Shown here: piece by piece, positions 30,947-41,566 of the stretch
How positions within the stretch are numbered: the stretch's first letter is position 1
How the letters are laid out: each line of letters starts with the position of its first letter
Source: Methanothrix sp.
Lineage (GTDB): Archaea; Halobacteriota; Methanosarcinia; Methanotrichales; Methanotrichaceae
Direction of reading: 5' to 3'
DNA: 64,000 nt
NCBI GenBank assembly: GCA_963682135.1
Contig: OY821645.1
Location: 1,152,001 to 1,216,000 of the forward strand
The notes under the pieces: generated by a model
Databases searched by the model: none
What the model saw: the letters and a program-made list of their open reading frames with translations, nothing else
Told to the model about the DNA's origin: nothing
Made by a program: the position numbers and the translations under genes

Positions 30947-32083
30947 TTAACTTACGCATATATACTGGCCTGTAGGGGGATCTTGATAGCAGCCATTCTG
31001 TGATCCCCCTTGACCATTTGAAGATTCTCCACGGGAGCCAGTACAGACAGTCTCGCCAGTCTCGGGATCTTCATAGCATAGACCCTGTGATCCATCGCCT
31101 TGTATTCCTTTCCGGTAACCTTCAGGCTTTTCATTGGAGCCAATGCAGGTTACTTCGCCTGTGAGTGGATCTGCATAGCATCCTCCTTGAGAGCCTTCTG
31201 GTACTGAATCCTTGGGGATAGAAGTTTCATCTCCAGTAGTCTGGTCACCTGTGGTTGGTCCACTTGAGCTGCTGCCAGACGTTCCGCTCGATATTCGTCT
31301 GCCGCTTAATTGGCTGAAAGAGCTATTAAACATAGTAGTACCGGAGCTCCACGATCCTTCAACCTCGTTGCAATCATTTGGAAAGTTTTTAAAATAGAGC
31401 TTAATTAAGCCATTAGCTGTTGAGGGATATTTTTCTGGCCAAGGAGTAATGCCATTGAATCTAGCTTCCATATCATTGCCATTATAGGCTACAGTTCCGT
31501 AAACATCTATATCATTATATTTTCCATGGACAGTCGTTCCATCTACTTGATTTAACTGAAGGATAAAACTAGGTCCATCTTCGCGTCGTTGTGCTCCTAT
31601 TTTTTCCTCGTAATACTGATTGAATTCATAGGCTCCAGTCCAGCTACAGCCAGGCGTTTTAGGCGCTTTTTGGCCTGTCCATCTATAGGATAGTGATCCA
31701 ACACTACTACGTAACCATCCCTCAAAGTTCGCACAATCCTTATCACCACTAAGCAGTTGCATGGTAAAAGTCCCTAAATCGGTCCCCCCGTTCCCACCCA
31801 GTGTATATCTACCTACAAGGTTGTTTGCAGCCCTTCCAGCAAAATAAGAATTGAATATTTTCCCGCTTTCTCCAAGAGTGCCTTCAGCGCCGCATTCATT
31901 CATGCGAAGCACCATATTCTCCTGCGTAATCTGGTTTGTGGGATTACCATTTTCATAAAGCTCTCTGCTGGTAATCCATTCTCCATCCATATCTGAGCAG
32001 TCGCAATAAGGTCTGAATCCTAATGCGGGAATGCAAACTAGGATCAAGATCAAGACAACACATGTTAGCTTAATGTACCTCAT
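30947..32083 (-). CDS. secreted protein with two putative beta-barrel domains and three C-terminal CYxDPxTG repeats
   Basis: Signal peptide, S/T/G linker, and repeats GCYADPLTGEVTC, LCYEDPETGETVC, GCYQDPPTGQYIC. Confidence 0.75.
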   Translation of the reverse strand: MRYIKLTCVVLILILVCIPALGFRPYCDCSDMDGEWITSRELYENGNPTNQITQENMVLRMNECGAEGTLGESGKIFNSYFAGRAANNLVGRYTLGGNGGTDLGTFTMQLLSGDKDCANFEGWLRSSVGSLSYRWTGQKAPKTPGCSWTGAYEFNQYYEEKIGAQRREDGPSFILQLNQVDGTTVHGKYNDIDVYGTVAYNGNDMEARFNGITPWPEKYPSTANGLIKLYFKNFPNDCNEVEGSWSSGTTMFNSSFSQLSGRRISSGTSGSSSSGPTTGDQTTGDETSIPKDSVPEGSQGGCYADPLTGEVTCIGSNEKPEGYRKGIQGDGSQGLCYEDPETGETVCTGSRGESSNGQGGSQNGCYQDPPTGQYICVS

Positions 32084-32379
32084 AACCGCAATCCCTCCTT
32101 AATTGCCATACAATTGTAAAACCTAACGATAAAATCTTTGGGTCTTAGTTCATGTTAATCCTAATAATTCGTGCAGGGTCTCATTCCCCGCACGGTATCG
32201 CCGATGCAGAACCATTATTGTGGGGTTATGTCCCTATCTGGCATAGCCTGGAGATTACCAGTAAGCTCATCATGACCTCGCCTTCCGCTTGTGGGCCTTC
32301 TGCTCGGCGTTTTCCTCAACTATCTTTGCGCAGCTCACAATATGAACATTTAGTATCTTTTCTCTTTTCCTACGTGCAG

Positions 32380-33432
32380 CTATGGGGATATGCTCGTATA
32401 CCCCAAATCTTTGACTTTGGCGAAAGCTTCATCTGCGTCTGCGGTACGATTGAGTGCCAGAAGCACTTTGCCTTTATTATACCAGGCTTTGGAATCTTGT
32501 GGATCGATCTTGATAGCCTTATCTAAGGCTTCCAGCGAGTCATTATATCTACGCAAACTTTCTAGAGCAGCACCTTTGTTGAACCAAGCACCAGCATGCT
32601 GAGGATCGATTTCGATGGTTTTGTTGAAGGCCTCTAATGCGTCATCATATTTACCCATGCTAGCAAGAGCGGCCCCTTTATTTGACCAAGCCACTGCATT
32701 TTGTGTATCGATCTCGATAGCTCTATCGAAATCCTCGATAGACTCATTGTACTTACCTAGATTATAGAGCTCTACGCCTCTATTATTCAGGGTCATTGTC
32801 GGATTCGCTTCATATTCTGATATCGCTCTTATGGATATGGTGCAATTTCGCTTTTTGCCATCTGCTCCAGTGGCTTGGACCACTATCGGGTATTTCCAGT
32901 CTGTACGAAGATCATTTAAGCGCGTACCGATGCGCAGTTCGGAGGAGTGATCAATTTTTAATACCGGCGAAAACACATTAACTTCGAACTCTGGAGGACA
33001 GGATGATGTAATGTAAACTTGTTTATTGTATTTTCGAAGAGGATTTAAATTATTGACGCTTATATTAACTGTATACATATTAAATATAGAACGCTTCACC
33101 GATGTATGATTTAGTTTCGCTGCAACTTCTTCATCGATTAATGAATCTGGAATCACAATTTTGAGATCAACGGGATCACATGATATACTATAGTCACTTA
33201 CATCCGGCCCAAGCATTATCGGGAACATAACGCCGGAAAATGCGCCGATTAGCTGAGCAGTTACGAGGACGATTGTTCCCGCTATCGAAATATCACGCCA
33301 AATATTATCAATTTTAAAAAAACATTTGAATAATAAACATACAAAGAACGCAATGAAACACGATAAAAGAAGCGCAAATCCCGAAACTTGAAGTATGTTC
33401 TCGGCAAAAGACAGGAATGCTGACAGGTCCAT
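32380..33432 (-). CDS. membrane-anchored TPR protein
   Basis: Two N-terminal TM segments and four C-terminal TPRs (AW.NKG.AL). Confidence 0.88.
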   Translation of the reverse strand: MDLSAFLSFAENILQVSGFALLLSCFIAFFVCLLFKCFFKIDNIWRDISIAGTIVLVTAQLIGAFSGVMFPIMLGPDVSDYSISCDPVDLKIVIPDSLIDEEVAAKLNHTSVKRSIFNMYTVNISVNNLNPLRKYNKQVYITSSCPPEFEVNVFSPVLKIDHSSELRIGTRLNDLRTDWKYPIVVQATGADGKKRNCTISIRAISEYEANPTMTLNNRGVELYNLGKYNESIEDFDRAIEIDTQNAVAWSNKGAALASMGKYDDALEAFNKTIEIDPQHAGAWFNKGAALESLRRYNDSLEALDKAIKIDPQDSKAWYNKGKVLLALNRTADADEAFAKVKDLGYTSISP

Positions 33433-34220
33433 GTTTTTTCATACCCTATGCTCACGTATAAATCTGATTACATTAACTCGCTAACTTTAAGCCAGGTGGC
33501 ACAAGGCCAGTTGGGGCTTTGAGGAAGAGGACCAATTTTACGAGCAGAGGCTAGCAGAGATCGCTAAGAAGCACTCTCGCGGAGCTTTTTTACACATTAG
33601 ACGACCCATTAGGGGCCGCGATATTTTCCATATTGGTGGAGATGTTGAAAGATGCGGACAGGTTAACTACAAAAAGTCCCTGCAAGTTACACACACTTGA
33701 ATCGAGAGCTCAATCAGGCTAATTTAAAAGGCCTACAGAATTTTATAAATATAATTTTGCCCTCGTAATGTATATGACGTTGCGCGGCGGATTCAACAGA
33801 AGTTTTCTGATTTCGCTGAGGCCTATAATTCGATAACGAGCAATTGTCGATATACCATTCCATAAAGTACGGAATTATCAGATTGGCAAAAGTGATTTGG
33901 GTCTTGTTTGAAGAATGATGAATAAAGATGTAATCTTTGCAGGTTATACGTACTTAAAGAACTAAAATAGCCTGAGTATCGCGGTTTACTCTGACGCAGG
34001 GACAAGATGCCGCAAAACCCGCAGGGCGCTATCATCGCTGCCTTTCGGCCTTGGCCTCTGTGCCAGGCATATTCGCCGGGATCCTCTGTCCCGCGATGAC
34101 CCGGGCGCTCGCGCCGCCGTCCTGATCAAGGCTTTAGCCATTCGGTTTGAACAGAAAGGCTTTGCGTCAGGCCGTTACCCCAAGAATCTCACCGCAACCC
34201 TTCAGTCCCCTTCATCCGTT

Positions 34221-34265
34221 GCTTCGTGCGACGAAGTCTCGGGTATCACGCGAAGGCACGAAGCC
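34221..34265. repeat. short palindromic element (REP-like), copy 1
   Basis: GCTTCGTGC...GCACGAAGC arms; 3' arm CGCGAAGGCACGAAGCC matches 63428-63444 at 15 of 17 positions. Confidence 0.55.
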
Positions 34266-34320
34266 GCAAAGTTCCGATAATAGTAGGACAAATTATCTCC
34301 CTTCAACCTCTTATTAGGAC

Positions 34321-36597
34321 TTAGCTCATGGCGCCGGCAGCTTTCTGCCAGGCCATGATCTTCTTGGGGCTGATGCCTGTCACCTTCGCCAGACTGCCGG
34401 ACTTGGCCTGTGCCAAATCCGCAGCCGTTTTAATTCCTGCGCCTGCCAGCTTCTCCAGGGTCTTGGGCCCAATTCCCGACAGAGCCACAAGGCCGTCGCC
34501 CTTTGCCTGAGCATCAGTCGTTGCCTTTTTCTTGGTTGTTGCCGCTTTCCTGGCCTTCGGTTTGCTTTCTTCTGCAGTCTTGGCAGGGTCCGTCTTTTCC
34601 TGGGCTTTCTTGGCCTGCCACTCCAGAAAATTACAGTGGGGGCATCCCAGATCCCAGGGCCTCTTGCCCTTGTTGATAATGCGAATGTGCAGCATGCCGT
34701 GCGTCTCGCAGAGCTTGTCGGTTACGATCACCGTTCCAAACCTGGGAAGAGGCAGAGTAAAACGGCATTCCGGATAGCCGGAGCAGCCGATGAAACGAGT
34801 GCCACGGTGGCCGCGCCGAATTATGAGATCTGATTTGCACTTCTGGCAGGTTCCCACAATCTTGTCGGTGCGCAGGCCGTCTTTGAGCGACTGGCCGATT
34901 CCGTCCTGGTTAGTGGTCAGTTCATCGAAGACAGAGGTAAGCATGACCCGCGACTTCTCGAGGACCTCATCCTCCTTGATATTTCGCTCGGAAATGAGGG
35001 TCATATCGTTCTCTAAAGTCTGGGTCATCTCCGGCTTGGTGATGGTAGGGGCATATTTTTGCAGCGTATCCACCACGGCATAAGCAGTATTGGTGGGGCG
35101 CATGGGGTTGCCCTGCACGTAAGCTCGGGCATAGAGTTTGCTGATAATATCGTGCCTGGTGGACTTCGTTCCCAGTCCCAGTTCATCCATGAGCTTGATG
35201 AGCTTGCCCTGACCGAAGCGAGCCGGGGGCTGTGTCTCTTTAGCATCGACTGCGTGGCCCAGCACCCGCAGCCGCTCTCCTTGCGTCAGCTTGGGCAGGA
35301 TGTGCTCCTCGGCCTTGCTGTAAGGATAATAGTATCTCCAGCCCGGCTCCACCAGACGTGCTCCATTGGCCCGGAAGGGCTCGGGTCCAATATCCACCTT
35401 GAGGCTGGTGGCATCCCAGACGCACGGCTCGGCCAGGGTGGCGAAGAAGCGACGCACCACCAGCTCATAAATGCGCCACTGATCCTCCTTGAGCTCGCTC
35501 TTGGCAACGGTGGCGGTGGGGTAGATTGGCGGGTGGTCGGTTGTGGACCTTTTGCCGCGCGTTGCAATCATCTTTCCTTTGAGCAGCCGCTCTGCTTCTT
35601 CTGAAAAAGCACTATTTAGGAAAAGTCGGGTTAGTGCCACCAGGTCAATGGATGGCGGATAAACAGTATTGTCTGTTCTAGGGTAGGAGATGAAACCATT
35701 GATGTAGAGCCATTCTCCGATGCGCATGGCATTGGCCGCAGAGAAGCCTATACCGCTGGCGGCGGAGATGAAGCTGGTGGTGTCAAAAGGAGCCGGAGGC
35801 TTATCAATACGCGGTTTTGTCTCGATGGACTTGATTATGCCCACAGGGCCGAGACGTGCTATTATCTCGTCAACCTCGGCCTTCTCCCAGATGCGCCCCT
35901 TGGCATGCTGAACGCGAAGCTCTTTCTCCAGATCGGCATAAATCTCCCAGTATGCCTCGGGAACAAATGACGAAATCTCTCGTTCTCTATCCACGATGAG
36001 GGCCAGGGTGGGCGATTGGACCCGGCCCACGGAGAGAAACTCTTTGCCAAGTCGCCCGGAGGTAAGGGAGATATATCTGGTCAGAGCCGCGCCCCAAACC
36101 AAATCTATGATCTGCCTGGCCTCGCCCGAGGCTGCCAGGTCAAAGTCAACTTTTCCCGCATCTTTGAAGGCCTTTAATATCTCTTCTTTGACAATGGCGC
36201 TGTATCTGACGCGATCGGCATGCAGGCCGGGATTTACCTCTTTGGCAATCTTTAATGCCTCAACACCGATCAGCTCTCCTTCGCGATCGTAATCCGTGGC
36301 AATGGTGATGCGATCGGCCTTCTTTCCCAGGTTTTGCAGAGCCGCGATGATCTTTTCCTGTATGGGACGAACCACTATCTCTGCTCTGATGAGGTCTTTG
36401 CAGTCCACCTTCTGCCAGTTGTTGTATCCTTGCGGATAATCAACACCCACAATGTGGCCGGATAGTCCCATGACCACTTTGTCGTCAAAGCAATAGGTAT
36501 CTACGCCTGCCACTCGCTTGGAGCTGGGCTTGCTGCCTGCCAGGATCTGAGCAATCCTCTTAGCGGCATCGTGCTTCTCTGCTATTATGAGATGCAT
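34321..36597 (-). CDS. topA: DNA topoisomerase I (type IA)
   Basis: IIAEK, ATDYDREGE, SVGRVQ, ISYPRTD, GLGTKSTR; zinc ribbons and an HhH tail. Confidence 0.98.
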   Translation of the reverse strand: MHLIIAEKHDAAKRIAQILAGSKPSSKRVAGVDTYCFDDKVVMGLSGHIVGVDYPQGYNNWQKVDCKDLIRAEIVVRPIQEKIIAALQNLGKKADRITIATDYDREGELIGVEALKIAKEVNPGLHADRVRYSAIVKEEILKAFKDAGKVDFDLAASGEARQIIDLVWGAALTRYISLTSGRLGKEFLSVGRVQSPTLALIVDREREISSFVPEAYWEIYADLEKELRVQHAKGRIWEKAEVDEIIARLGPVGIIKSIETKPRIDKPPAPFDTTSFISAASGIGFSAANAMRIGEWLYINGFISYPRTDNTVYPPSIDLVALTRLFLNSAFSEEAERLLKGKMIATRGKRSTTDHPPIYPTATVAKSELKEDQWRIYELVVRRFFATLAEPCVWDATSLKVDIGPEPFRANGARLVEPGWRYYYPYSKAEEHILPKLTQGERLRVLGHAVDAKETQPPARFGQGKLIKLMDELGLGTKSTRHDIISKLYARAYVQGNPMRPTNTAYAVVDTLQKYAPTITKPEMTQTLENDMTLISERNIKEDEVLEKSRVMLTSVFDELTTNQDGIGQSLKDGLRTDKIVGTCQKCKSDLIIRRGHRGTRFIGCSGYPECRFTLPLPRFGTVIVTDKLCETHGMLHIRIINKGKRPWDLGCPHCNFLEWQAKKAQEKTDPAKTAEESKPKARKAATTKKKATTDAQAKGDGLVALSGIGPKTLEKLAGAGIKTAADLAQAKSGSLAKVTGISPKKIMAWQKAAGAMS

Positions 36598-37085
36598 TCC
36601 AGAAAGCCAAATATGGCAGTTGATTTAAGTTTTTCCGTAAGGAATCGTCTCTGACCTCTACAGCAGAAATAAGCACAGAATCAATATTTCTGATATTCAA
36701 CATGATTATTTGATAAATTTCAATTGTTTACTTTTTAGGCTGATCTGGAGAATCGCATTTTATAGAGCATTCTACTAACCAGATAGATCCAATTCGTGCC
36801 TATCTGTATAATCATACAATAAAAAAATTTTATATTAGTATACAAAAATAGACAAATCTTATGAAATAATATTTCCTCCTTTTAGCAGTCACAATCCGCT
36901 GTCGCGATGTTTGGTATTGGGCTGGCTTTGTCTGCAGTGCAGTGGGATTGATAGGGGTCTTATTGAATGGAATTGCACAATTATAATTAATATAATTAAT
37001 ATAATTTACATAAAAAAATTGATTTTATTTTATAGCTAACTGGTCCACAGATTCCTATAAATTGAGTAGTTGGGGGAGCATCACG

Positions 37086-37101
37086 CAAAAACTTTAAGTA
37101 G
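37086..37101 (+). promoter_or_regulatory. candidate BRE/TATA promoter of the mcr operon
   Basis: CAAAAA-C-TTTAAGTA about 150 nt upstream of the mcrB GTG, inside a ~650-bp AT-rich region between divergent topA and mcrB. Confidence 0.5.
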
Positions 37102-37250
37102 CTATTAAGCATTACAGAACGCGGCAAGAGATTGTAACGAATTGTGGTTGTGCCGGATATGATACCTTTTAGCTTAGGCACTCATATCATCGCTTCGGTA
37201 TGGCCAGCGTTGCAGTTTTGCTGCTAAAAAGGTAAAGGAGGATAAAGAAC

Positions 37251-38555
37251 GTGTCTGACAAGATAGACCTATATAGCGACCGCGGAGTTCTTTTGAAGAG
37301 CGACGTTGACCTGAGTGCGGTCAGCCCTCTCAAGAACGCGGCCATGCAGAGACTCATTTCTCTTACAAAGCGAACTGTAGCCGTCAACCTGGCCGGCATC
37401 GAAGGCGCCCTTAAGACCGGAAAGGTCGCAGGAGGCCGCAGGCAGATCAAGGGACGCGAGCTGAACTATGATGTTATTGCCAACGCTGGCGTTCTCGCTG
37501 ATAAGATCAAGGCGCTATTGCAGGTTGCCCCCGGCGACGACACCAATGTCCAGATTCTGGGCGGCGGCAAGCAGCTGCTTGTCCAGGTCCCCACCGCAAG
37601 GGTCAACGCTGCCTCTGAATTCGTGGTCGGATTGACCGGTGCAGCCGCTGCAGCAACTGAGGCACTCATCCAGACTTTCAAGGCCACAATGATTGAGGCA
37701 CCCATGATCCACGCCGCAGTCTGGGGCGAATACCCGCAGACAGTAGGCATGTCCGGCGGAAACGTCGCATCTGTTCTCAACATCCCCCAGAACGATGAAG
37801 GTCTGGGCTTTGCTCTCAGGAACGTCATGGCTAACCACCTTGCAATGATCACCAAGAGGAACGCCATGAACGCCGCAGCTCTCGCATCCATTTACGAGCA
37901 GATCGGCGAGATGGAGATGGGCAACGCTATGGGCATATTCGAGCGCCACCAGCTCCTGGGCATGGCATACCAGGGCCTGAACGCCAACAACATGGTCTAC
38001 AATTGCGTTAAGGCTAACGGCAAGACCGGAACCATCGGCACGGTAGTTCAGAGCACTGTCGCTGCTGCCCTCGAGGACAAGGTCATCAAGGCAGGCAAGA
38101 AGCTGCCCTCCGGCTACGTCCTGTACGAGGCCAATGATGTATCCAAGTGGAATGCCTACTGCGCCGCAGGCGTGCTGGCTGCCACAATGGTTAACTGCGG
38201 CTCTCTCCGGGGCGCCCAGGCTGTGTCCTCGACACTGCTGTACTTCAACGATATCATTGAGAAAGAAACCGCTCTGCCCGGATGCGATTTCGGCAGAGTA
38301 ATGGGAACTGCTGTCGGCTTCTCCTTCTTCAGCCACTCTATCTATGGCGGCGGCGGCCCCGGTGTATTCAACGGCAACCACGTGGTAACCAGGCACTCCA
38401 GAGGATTTGCCATACCCTGCGTGGCTGCAGCAGTAGCACTGGATGCCGGTACCCAGATGTTCACACCTGAGATGACATCTGGACTGGTCGGTGCCATATA
38501 CGGTGAGATCAAGGAATTCCGTGAGCCGATCGTATCGGTTGCGGAGGCTGTGTAA
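37251..38555 (+). CDS. mcrB: methyl-coenzyme M reductase beta subunit
   Basis: WG.YPQ and FSFFSHSIYGGGGPG.FNGNH.VTRHS motifs; RBS AAGGAGG. Confidence 0.99.
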   Translation: MSDKIDLYSDRGVLLKSDVDLSAVSPLKNAAMQRLISLTKRTVAVNLAGIEGALKTGKVAGGRRQIKGRELNYDVIANAGVLADKIKALLQVAPGDDTNVQILGGGKQLLVQVPTARVNAASEFVVGLTGAAAAATEALIQTFKATMIEAPMIHAAVWGEYPQTVGMSGGNVASVLNIPQNDEGLGFALRNVMANHLAMITKRNAMNAAALASIYEQIGEMEMGNAMGIFERHQLLGMAYQGLNANNMVYNCVKANGKTGTIGTVVQSTVAAALEDKVIKAGKKLPSGYVLYEANDVSKWNAYCAAGVLAATMVNCGSLRGAQAVSSTLLYFNDIIEKETALPGCDFGRVMGTAVGFSFFSHSIYGGGGPGVFNGNHVVTRHSRGFAIPCVAAAVALDAGTQMFTPEMTSGLVGAIYGEIKEFREPIVSVAEAV

Positions 38556-38565
38556 GGCGGAAGAA

Positions 38566-39069
38566 ATGGTCACCGAATCAGACACTGCATCGATACAGGT
38601 AGAAATAGTTCCCAGCAGGTTTCTTATGCCGGCGACGGCTCAGAAGCTGCTAAACGAGATCTATGGTAACGGGGGCATCACCAGGATTATGGTGCAGGGT
38701 CCCAACCTCCCTAGAAGCGTGCCCTACGGCCCCGGCAGGGGTGCTCCCATCGACGAGAACAGAGATTTACTCATCGAGGTGGGCGGGCAGGCATTTGAGC
38801 TGTGCGTCAAGGTTGGAAGGATCAGGCTCGAGTTGGAGAGCGCAAAATACTTCGACGGGCTGAAAGCGGCGTGTGAGCGAGCGCTGCCCATATCCTTTCA
38901 GATTAAGCGCGGCAAGTTCTTCCACACCCGGCAAACCATAACGGATTATGCCAAGTTTGGCAATGTGGAGGACACTCGTATCCTGGGACTGATCGATCCA
39001 AAGGCCAAGAAGAGCAAGATGGCCATATTGTCTGAAGAAAGAGTGACTATTGACGATGAGGAGAGATAA
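38566..39069 (+). CDS. mcrD: methyl-coenzyme M reductase operon protein D
   Basis: GPNLP..VPYGPGRG and T.TDYAK.G motifs; between mcrB and mcrG. Confidence 0.96.
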   Translation: MVTESDTASIQVEIVPSRFLMPATAQKLLNEIYGNGGITRIMVQGPNLPRSVPYGPGRGAPIDENRDLLIEVGGQAFELCVKVGRIRLELESAKYFDGLKAACERALPISFQIKRGKFFHTRQTITDYAKFGNVEDTRILGLIDPKAKKSKMAILSEERVTIDDEER

Positions 39070-39072
39070 AAT

Positions 39073-39840
39073 ATGGCATACAAACCACAATTCTATCCCG
39101 GAAGCACCTCTGTTGGCATCAACAGAAGAAAGCACATGTCCGGCAACCTCGAGAAGCTCAGAGATATCCCTGAGGCGGATGTCACGGCGATCATGGGCCA
39201 CAGGGCTCCTGGAGCCGATTACTCAAGCACTCACCCACCCCTTAAAGAGATGGGCGAGCCCGACTGCCCAGTAAGGCAGATCGTTGCACCCACCGCTGGT
39301 GCCGCCGCTGGTGACCGTGTAAGGTACTCCCAGTGGACTGACTCCATGTACTTCGCCCCATCCACTCCATACTGGAGATCCTATTGGGGAGCCATCAACT
39401 GCAAGGGCTGCGACCCAGGCACCCTGTCCGGCAGACAGATCATCGAGGCCAGGGAGAGAGATATCGAAGCCTACACCAAGGCTCAGTACGATAGCGAGAT
39501 GACCGATGTCGCCCTCTGTTCCATGAGAGGCTGCACTGTGCACGGCCACTCCCTGAGGCTGGAAGAGAACGGCATGCAGTTCGATATGCTGTCCAGGACA
39601 GAGATGGGAGCAGACGGTAACGTCTACGCAACCAAGGATCAGGTCGGCATTCCCTTGGATAAGAAGGTCAACCTGGGCAAGCCCATGACCGAGGCCGAGG
39701 CCAAGAAGAGAACCACTATCTTCAGGGCAGACGGTATTCCCATGTGCGGAGCCGTAGGCGCCAGAAAGTACGATGAGGCAGTCGAAGCTCTGCACCACAT
39801 GTGGGAGCTGCGCAGCAAGTGGGGATTCAGGCCGGAGTAA
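39073..39840 (+). CDS. mcrG: methyl-coenzyme M reductase gamma subunit
   Basis: PQFYPG, GTLSGRQIIEARERD and TVHGHSLRL motifs. Confidence 0.99.
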   Translation: MAYKPQFYPGSTSVGINRRKHMSGNLEKLRDIPEADVTAIMGHRAPGADYSSTHPPLKEMGEPDCPVRQIVAPTAGAAAGDRVRYSQWTDSMYFAPSTPYWRSYWGAINCKGCDPGTLSGRQIIEARERDIEAYTKAQYDSEMTDVALCSMRGCTVHGHSLRLEENGMQFDMLSRTEMGADGNVYATKDQVGIPLDKKVNLGKPMTEAEAKKRTTIFRADGIPMCGAVGARKYDEAVEALHHMWELRSKWGFRPE

Positions 39841-39854
39841 ATGGGGTGATATAA

Positions 39855-41534
39855 ATGGCAGTTAAACACACCAAGAAACTATTCATTAAGGCTCTTAACA
39901 AGAAGTTCGGAAAGGATTTCGATCTCGCAGGCCAGAAAGTAGAGTACAAGAGACTGGGGCCCGAGCAGAACGCCCGTAAGAGGGAGTTCATGGAGTACGC
40001 CAAGAAGGTAGAGGGCAAGCGCGGCATGACCGGCTACAACCCCTACGTCCACGCAGGCGGCATTCCCCTGGGACAGAGGCAGCTCGTACCTTACAAGCTC
40101 TCCGGAACTGAGTATGTAGTAGAGGGCGACGATCTGCACTTCGTCAACAACCCAGCCATTCAGCAGATGTGGGATGATGTCCGGAGGACCATTGTAGTAG
40201 GTCTGGACATGGCCCATGAGGTTCTGCAGAAGAGGCTCGGCAAGGAAGTCACACCCGAGACCATCAACAACTACCTCGAGATCCTCAACCACGCCATGCC
40301 CGGCGCAGCCGTGGTTCAGGAGCACATGGTGGAGACTCACCCCGGCCTGGTAGATGACTGCAACGTTCGCGTCTTCACCGGCGACGATGCCCTGGCTGAT
40401 GAGATTGATGACCAATACCTGATCGACATCAACAAGATGTTCCCAGCCGAGCAGGCCGAGGCTCTCAAGGCCGCTATCGGCAAGACCAGCTGGCAGGCCA
40501 TCCATGTTCCAACCATCGTCGTCAGGTCCTGCGACGGCGGCACCACCTCCAGGTGGAGCGCCATGCAGCTGTGTATGACCTTCATCGATGCCTACAACAT
40601 GTGCGCCGGTGAGGCCGCTGTGGCTGATCTGGCCTACGCCGCCAAGCACGCTGCCGTTCTGCAGATGTCCGAGATGCTGCCAGCGCGCCGCGCTCGCGGA
40701 CCCAACAACCCCGGCGGTCTGTCCTTCGGCTTCCTGGCCGATATGGTCCAGACTTCCCGTGTGGCAGCAGCCGATCCAGTGAAGGTCTCCCTGAACGTGG
40801 TCGCCGCAGGCGCTGCGCTCTACGACCAGATCTGGCTGGGCAGCTACATGTCCGGCGGTGTCGGATTCACCCAGTACGCCACTGCAGCTTACACCAACGA
40901 TATCCTGGACGACTTCTGCTACTACGGTGTAGACTTCGCCGCCGATAAGTTCGGTGGATTTGCCAAGGCACCCAAGCTGCTCGAGACCGCCAAGATGCTG
41001 GCCACTGAGGTCAACGCCTACGGCATGGAGCAGTACGAGCTCTTCCCAACCATTCTCGAGGATCACTTCGGTGGATCCCAGAGAGCATCCGTTCTGGCAG
41101 CCGCATCCGCTATCACCTCCGCCATTGCCTCTGGCCACAGCCAGGTAGGCCTTGCCGGCTGGTACCTGTCTATGCTCCTGCACAAGGAAGGCTGGGGACG
41201 CTTGGGCTTCTTCGGCTACGACCTGCAGGATCAATGCGGTCCAACCAACGTGTTCTCCTACCAGTCCGACGAGGGCGCACCTCTCGAGCTCAGGGGAGCT
41301 AACTACCCCAACTACGCCATGAACGTAGGTCACCAGGGCGAGTACGCAGGCATCTCCAGCGCCGCACACGCCGGCCGCATGGACGCCTTCGCATGCAACC
41401 CCTTGATCAAGGTTACCTTCGCCAACCCCGGCATGGTATTCGACTGGGCAGATATCCGCGCTTGCTTCGGCAAGGGTGGAGCCCGCGAGTTCCGTGCTGC
41501 AGGCGAGAGAAGCCTGGTCATGCCCGCAGTGTAG
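39855..41534 (+). CDS. mcrA: methyl-coenzyme M reductase alpha subunit
   Basis: [31 protein letters not shown] and NYAMNVGH motifs. Confidence 0.99.
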   Translation: MAVKHTKKLFIKALNKKFGKDFDLAGQKVEYKRLGPEQNARKREFMEYAKKVEGKRGMTGYNPYVHAGGIPLGQRQLVPYKLSGTEYVVEGDDLHFVNNPAIQQMWDDVRRTIVVGLDMAHEVLQKRLGKEVTPETINNYLEILNHAMPGAAVVQEHMVETHPGLVDDCNVRVFTGDDALADEIDDQYLIDINKMFPAEQAEALKAAIGKTSWQAIHVPTIVVRSCDGGTTSRWSAMQLCMTFIDAYNMCAGEAAVADLAYAAKHAAVLQMSEMLPARRARGPNNPGGLSFGFLADMVQTSRVAAADPVKVSLNVVAAGAALYDQIWLGSYMSGGVGFTQYATAAYTNDILDDFCYYGVDFAADKFGGFAKAPKLLETAKMLATEVNAYGMEQYELFPTILEDHFGGSQRASVLAAASAITSAIASGHSQVGLAGWYLSMLLHKEGWGRLGFFGYDLQDQCGPTNVFSYQSDEGAPLELRGANYPNYAMNVGHQGEYAGISSAAHAGRMDAFACNPLIKVTFANPGMVFDWADIRACFGKGGAREFRAAGERSLVMPAV

Positions 41535-41549
41535 GCCCAAAGCCTACAA

Positions 41550-41566
41550 CTTTTTTCTCTTTTTTA
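41550..41566 (+). terminator. oligo-T terminator of the mcr operon
   Basis: CTTTTTTCTCTTTTTTA shortly after the mcrA stop. Confidence 0.7.

Noticed and set aside
33990-34170. SRP RNA or RNase P RNA
   Set aside because: The helix-8 loop differs from the conserved CAGG/AGCA, and the RNase P GAGGAAAGTCC motif is absent; kept only as an unnamed candidate.
39855-41534. Alkane-activating (ACR-type) MCR
   Set aside because: Active-site motifs are canonical and there are no large insertions.
39879-41540. 553-aa antisense ORF over mcrA (also 37515-38585 over mcrB and 49635-50486 over nifB)
   Set aside because: Shadow frames caused by strong codon bias in highly expressed genes; no recognisable motifs.
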